This document shows, one piece after another, positions 63,342 through 64,000 of a DNA stretch of 64,000 bases. The stretch is from an uncultured Bacilli bacterium. Lineage in GTDB: Bacteria > Bacillota_I > Bacilli_A > RF39 > UBA660. The notes under the pieces are model-generated. The model made no database searches. It saw nothing but the letters and a program-made list of their open reading frames with translations, and was not told the DNA's origin. Position 1 is the stretch's first letter. Each line of letters starts with the position of its first letter. The position numbers were made by a program, and so were the translations under genes. The stretch lies in the NCBI GenBank assembly GCA_944331865.1, contig CALVIZ010000002.1:12227-76226 (forward strand), written 5' to 3'.

Positions 63342-64000
63342 TTAAACAGCATAATAATAAATTGTTACATAATATTCATAATATGTATAATCTACATATG
63401 TTTGATACTGACATGTATTATAATTAATCAATGTTCCCCTACTACACGTATGACAAATGCTACCACTTAAATAATCACCACTATTACAATAATAATTTAT
63501 CCCTGTTGAAGAACAAGTTGCTGGATAGTCCCCTTGCCAATAACATGTGGCAGAGCAATTTCTTGTATAAGTTTGTCCACTTGAACAACTGCCACTTGGC
63601 TTAGCATCACAATAATAGCTTTTTGTAAAATGTTCTTTGCAGTCTTGATCAGTTTCATAATAACCTTCCCAATATCCATTGTTACATCTCCATAAAGCAT
63701 ATCCTGAAAAATTATAATTATTATCAGTACACATTGTTCCTCTTAAATTTCCGCCATTACTACAATAATAATTTCTACAATACTCATTTTGATGCGCATA
63801 ATAACTTTGAGAAGATTCTGTAAGTGTAGTAAGTCTTTGGCTTGTATATTTAGTTCCATTTTTGGCTGTTATATATGCTCCATTCCCAGATAAATATCCA
63901 TTAACTGAACCATTACCTTTAGTTATGACTGCATGATCATATTCAATTATTCCATTTATGGGAACATATTGTGTAATATCACTATCATTATAAATTGTTT
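63342..64000 (-). CDS. Cys/Tyr-rich protein, 5' end beyond the window. Compositionally similar to the pilin-like C-terminus.
   Basis: The reading frame is open from 64000 through the Met listed in the ORF track (translation ...TIYNDSDITQYVPINGIIEYDH...CRNYYCSNGGNLRGTMCTDNNY...). At least 219 aa are visible, with many Cys and Tyr. Confidence 0.55.
   Translation of the reverse strand, partial: TIYNDSDITQYVPINGIIEYDHAVITKGNGSVNGYLSGNGAYITAKNGTKYTSQRLTTLTESSQSYYAHQNEYCRNYYCSNGGNLRGTMCTDNNYNFSGYALWRCNNGYWEGYYETDQDCKEHFTKSYYCDAKPSGSCSSGQTYTRNCSATCYWQGDYPATCSSTGINYYCNSGDYLSGSICHTCSRGTLINYNTCQYQTYVDYTYYEYYVTIYYYAV

Overview
This is a very AT-rich (~25-27% GC) Firmicutes window that uses the standard genetic code. 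Almost every gene is on the minus strand. The backbone is conserved housekeeping synteny typical of spore-forming Clostridia/Bacilli: nadK, a methyltransferase, nadD, nadE, recO, era, dgkA, ybeY, YqfD-like, YqfC/YabP-like, yqeY, rpsU, then tRNA-Arg, ileS behind a T-box leader, a phosphohexomutase, deoD, a ClpC-like ATPase, the arginine deiminase operon arcA-arcB-arcC with YfcC-type transporters, lysS, murD-like, rpoC-rpoB and the ybxB-like methyltransferase. Accessory content lies between these blocks.

1. A double-glycine-leader bacteriocin locus sits immediately upstream of rpsU. It has a C39-peptidase ABC exporter, a 137-aa single-TM accessory protein, and four tandem small precursor peptides that the ORF track missed.

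2. A 6.5-kb tandem array of five paralogous genes encodes leaderless proteins built from a ~40-aa repeat, with a conserved once-per-repeat motif (D/N)FTGSKGAKINPQT(V/I)Y. N- and C-terminal domains are conserved, repeat number varies, and one gene is a fused double module. Each gene has its own sigma-A promoter, and 71-bp and ~140-bp direct repeats bracket or punctuate the array. Divergently adjacent is a gene for a sortase-B-like domain (TLSTC, His, Arg) fused to an unusual ~280-aa cytoplasmic N-terminal extension. SrtB enzymes recognise NPQTN/NPKTG-type motifs, so the reiterated NPQT in the neighbouring array is the most intriguing candidate for an undescribed system. The link is speculative.

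3. An IS30-family element with identifiable terminal inverted repeats is flanked by an unusually long ~32-bp duplication made of the sortase gene's last codons plus its terminator. A second IS30-family transposase lies 3.4 kb away, and three genes of unknown function sit between the two.

4. The right end holds a 690-aa protein with a type IV prepilin N-terminus (KKKG|FTLVELL) and a Cys/Tyr/Gly-rich C-terminus, a neighbouring Cys/Tyr-rich ORF that runs off the window, and small membrane-anchored proteins.

No CRISPR array or rRNA was seen.
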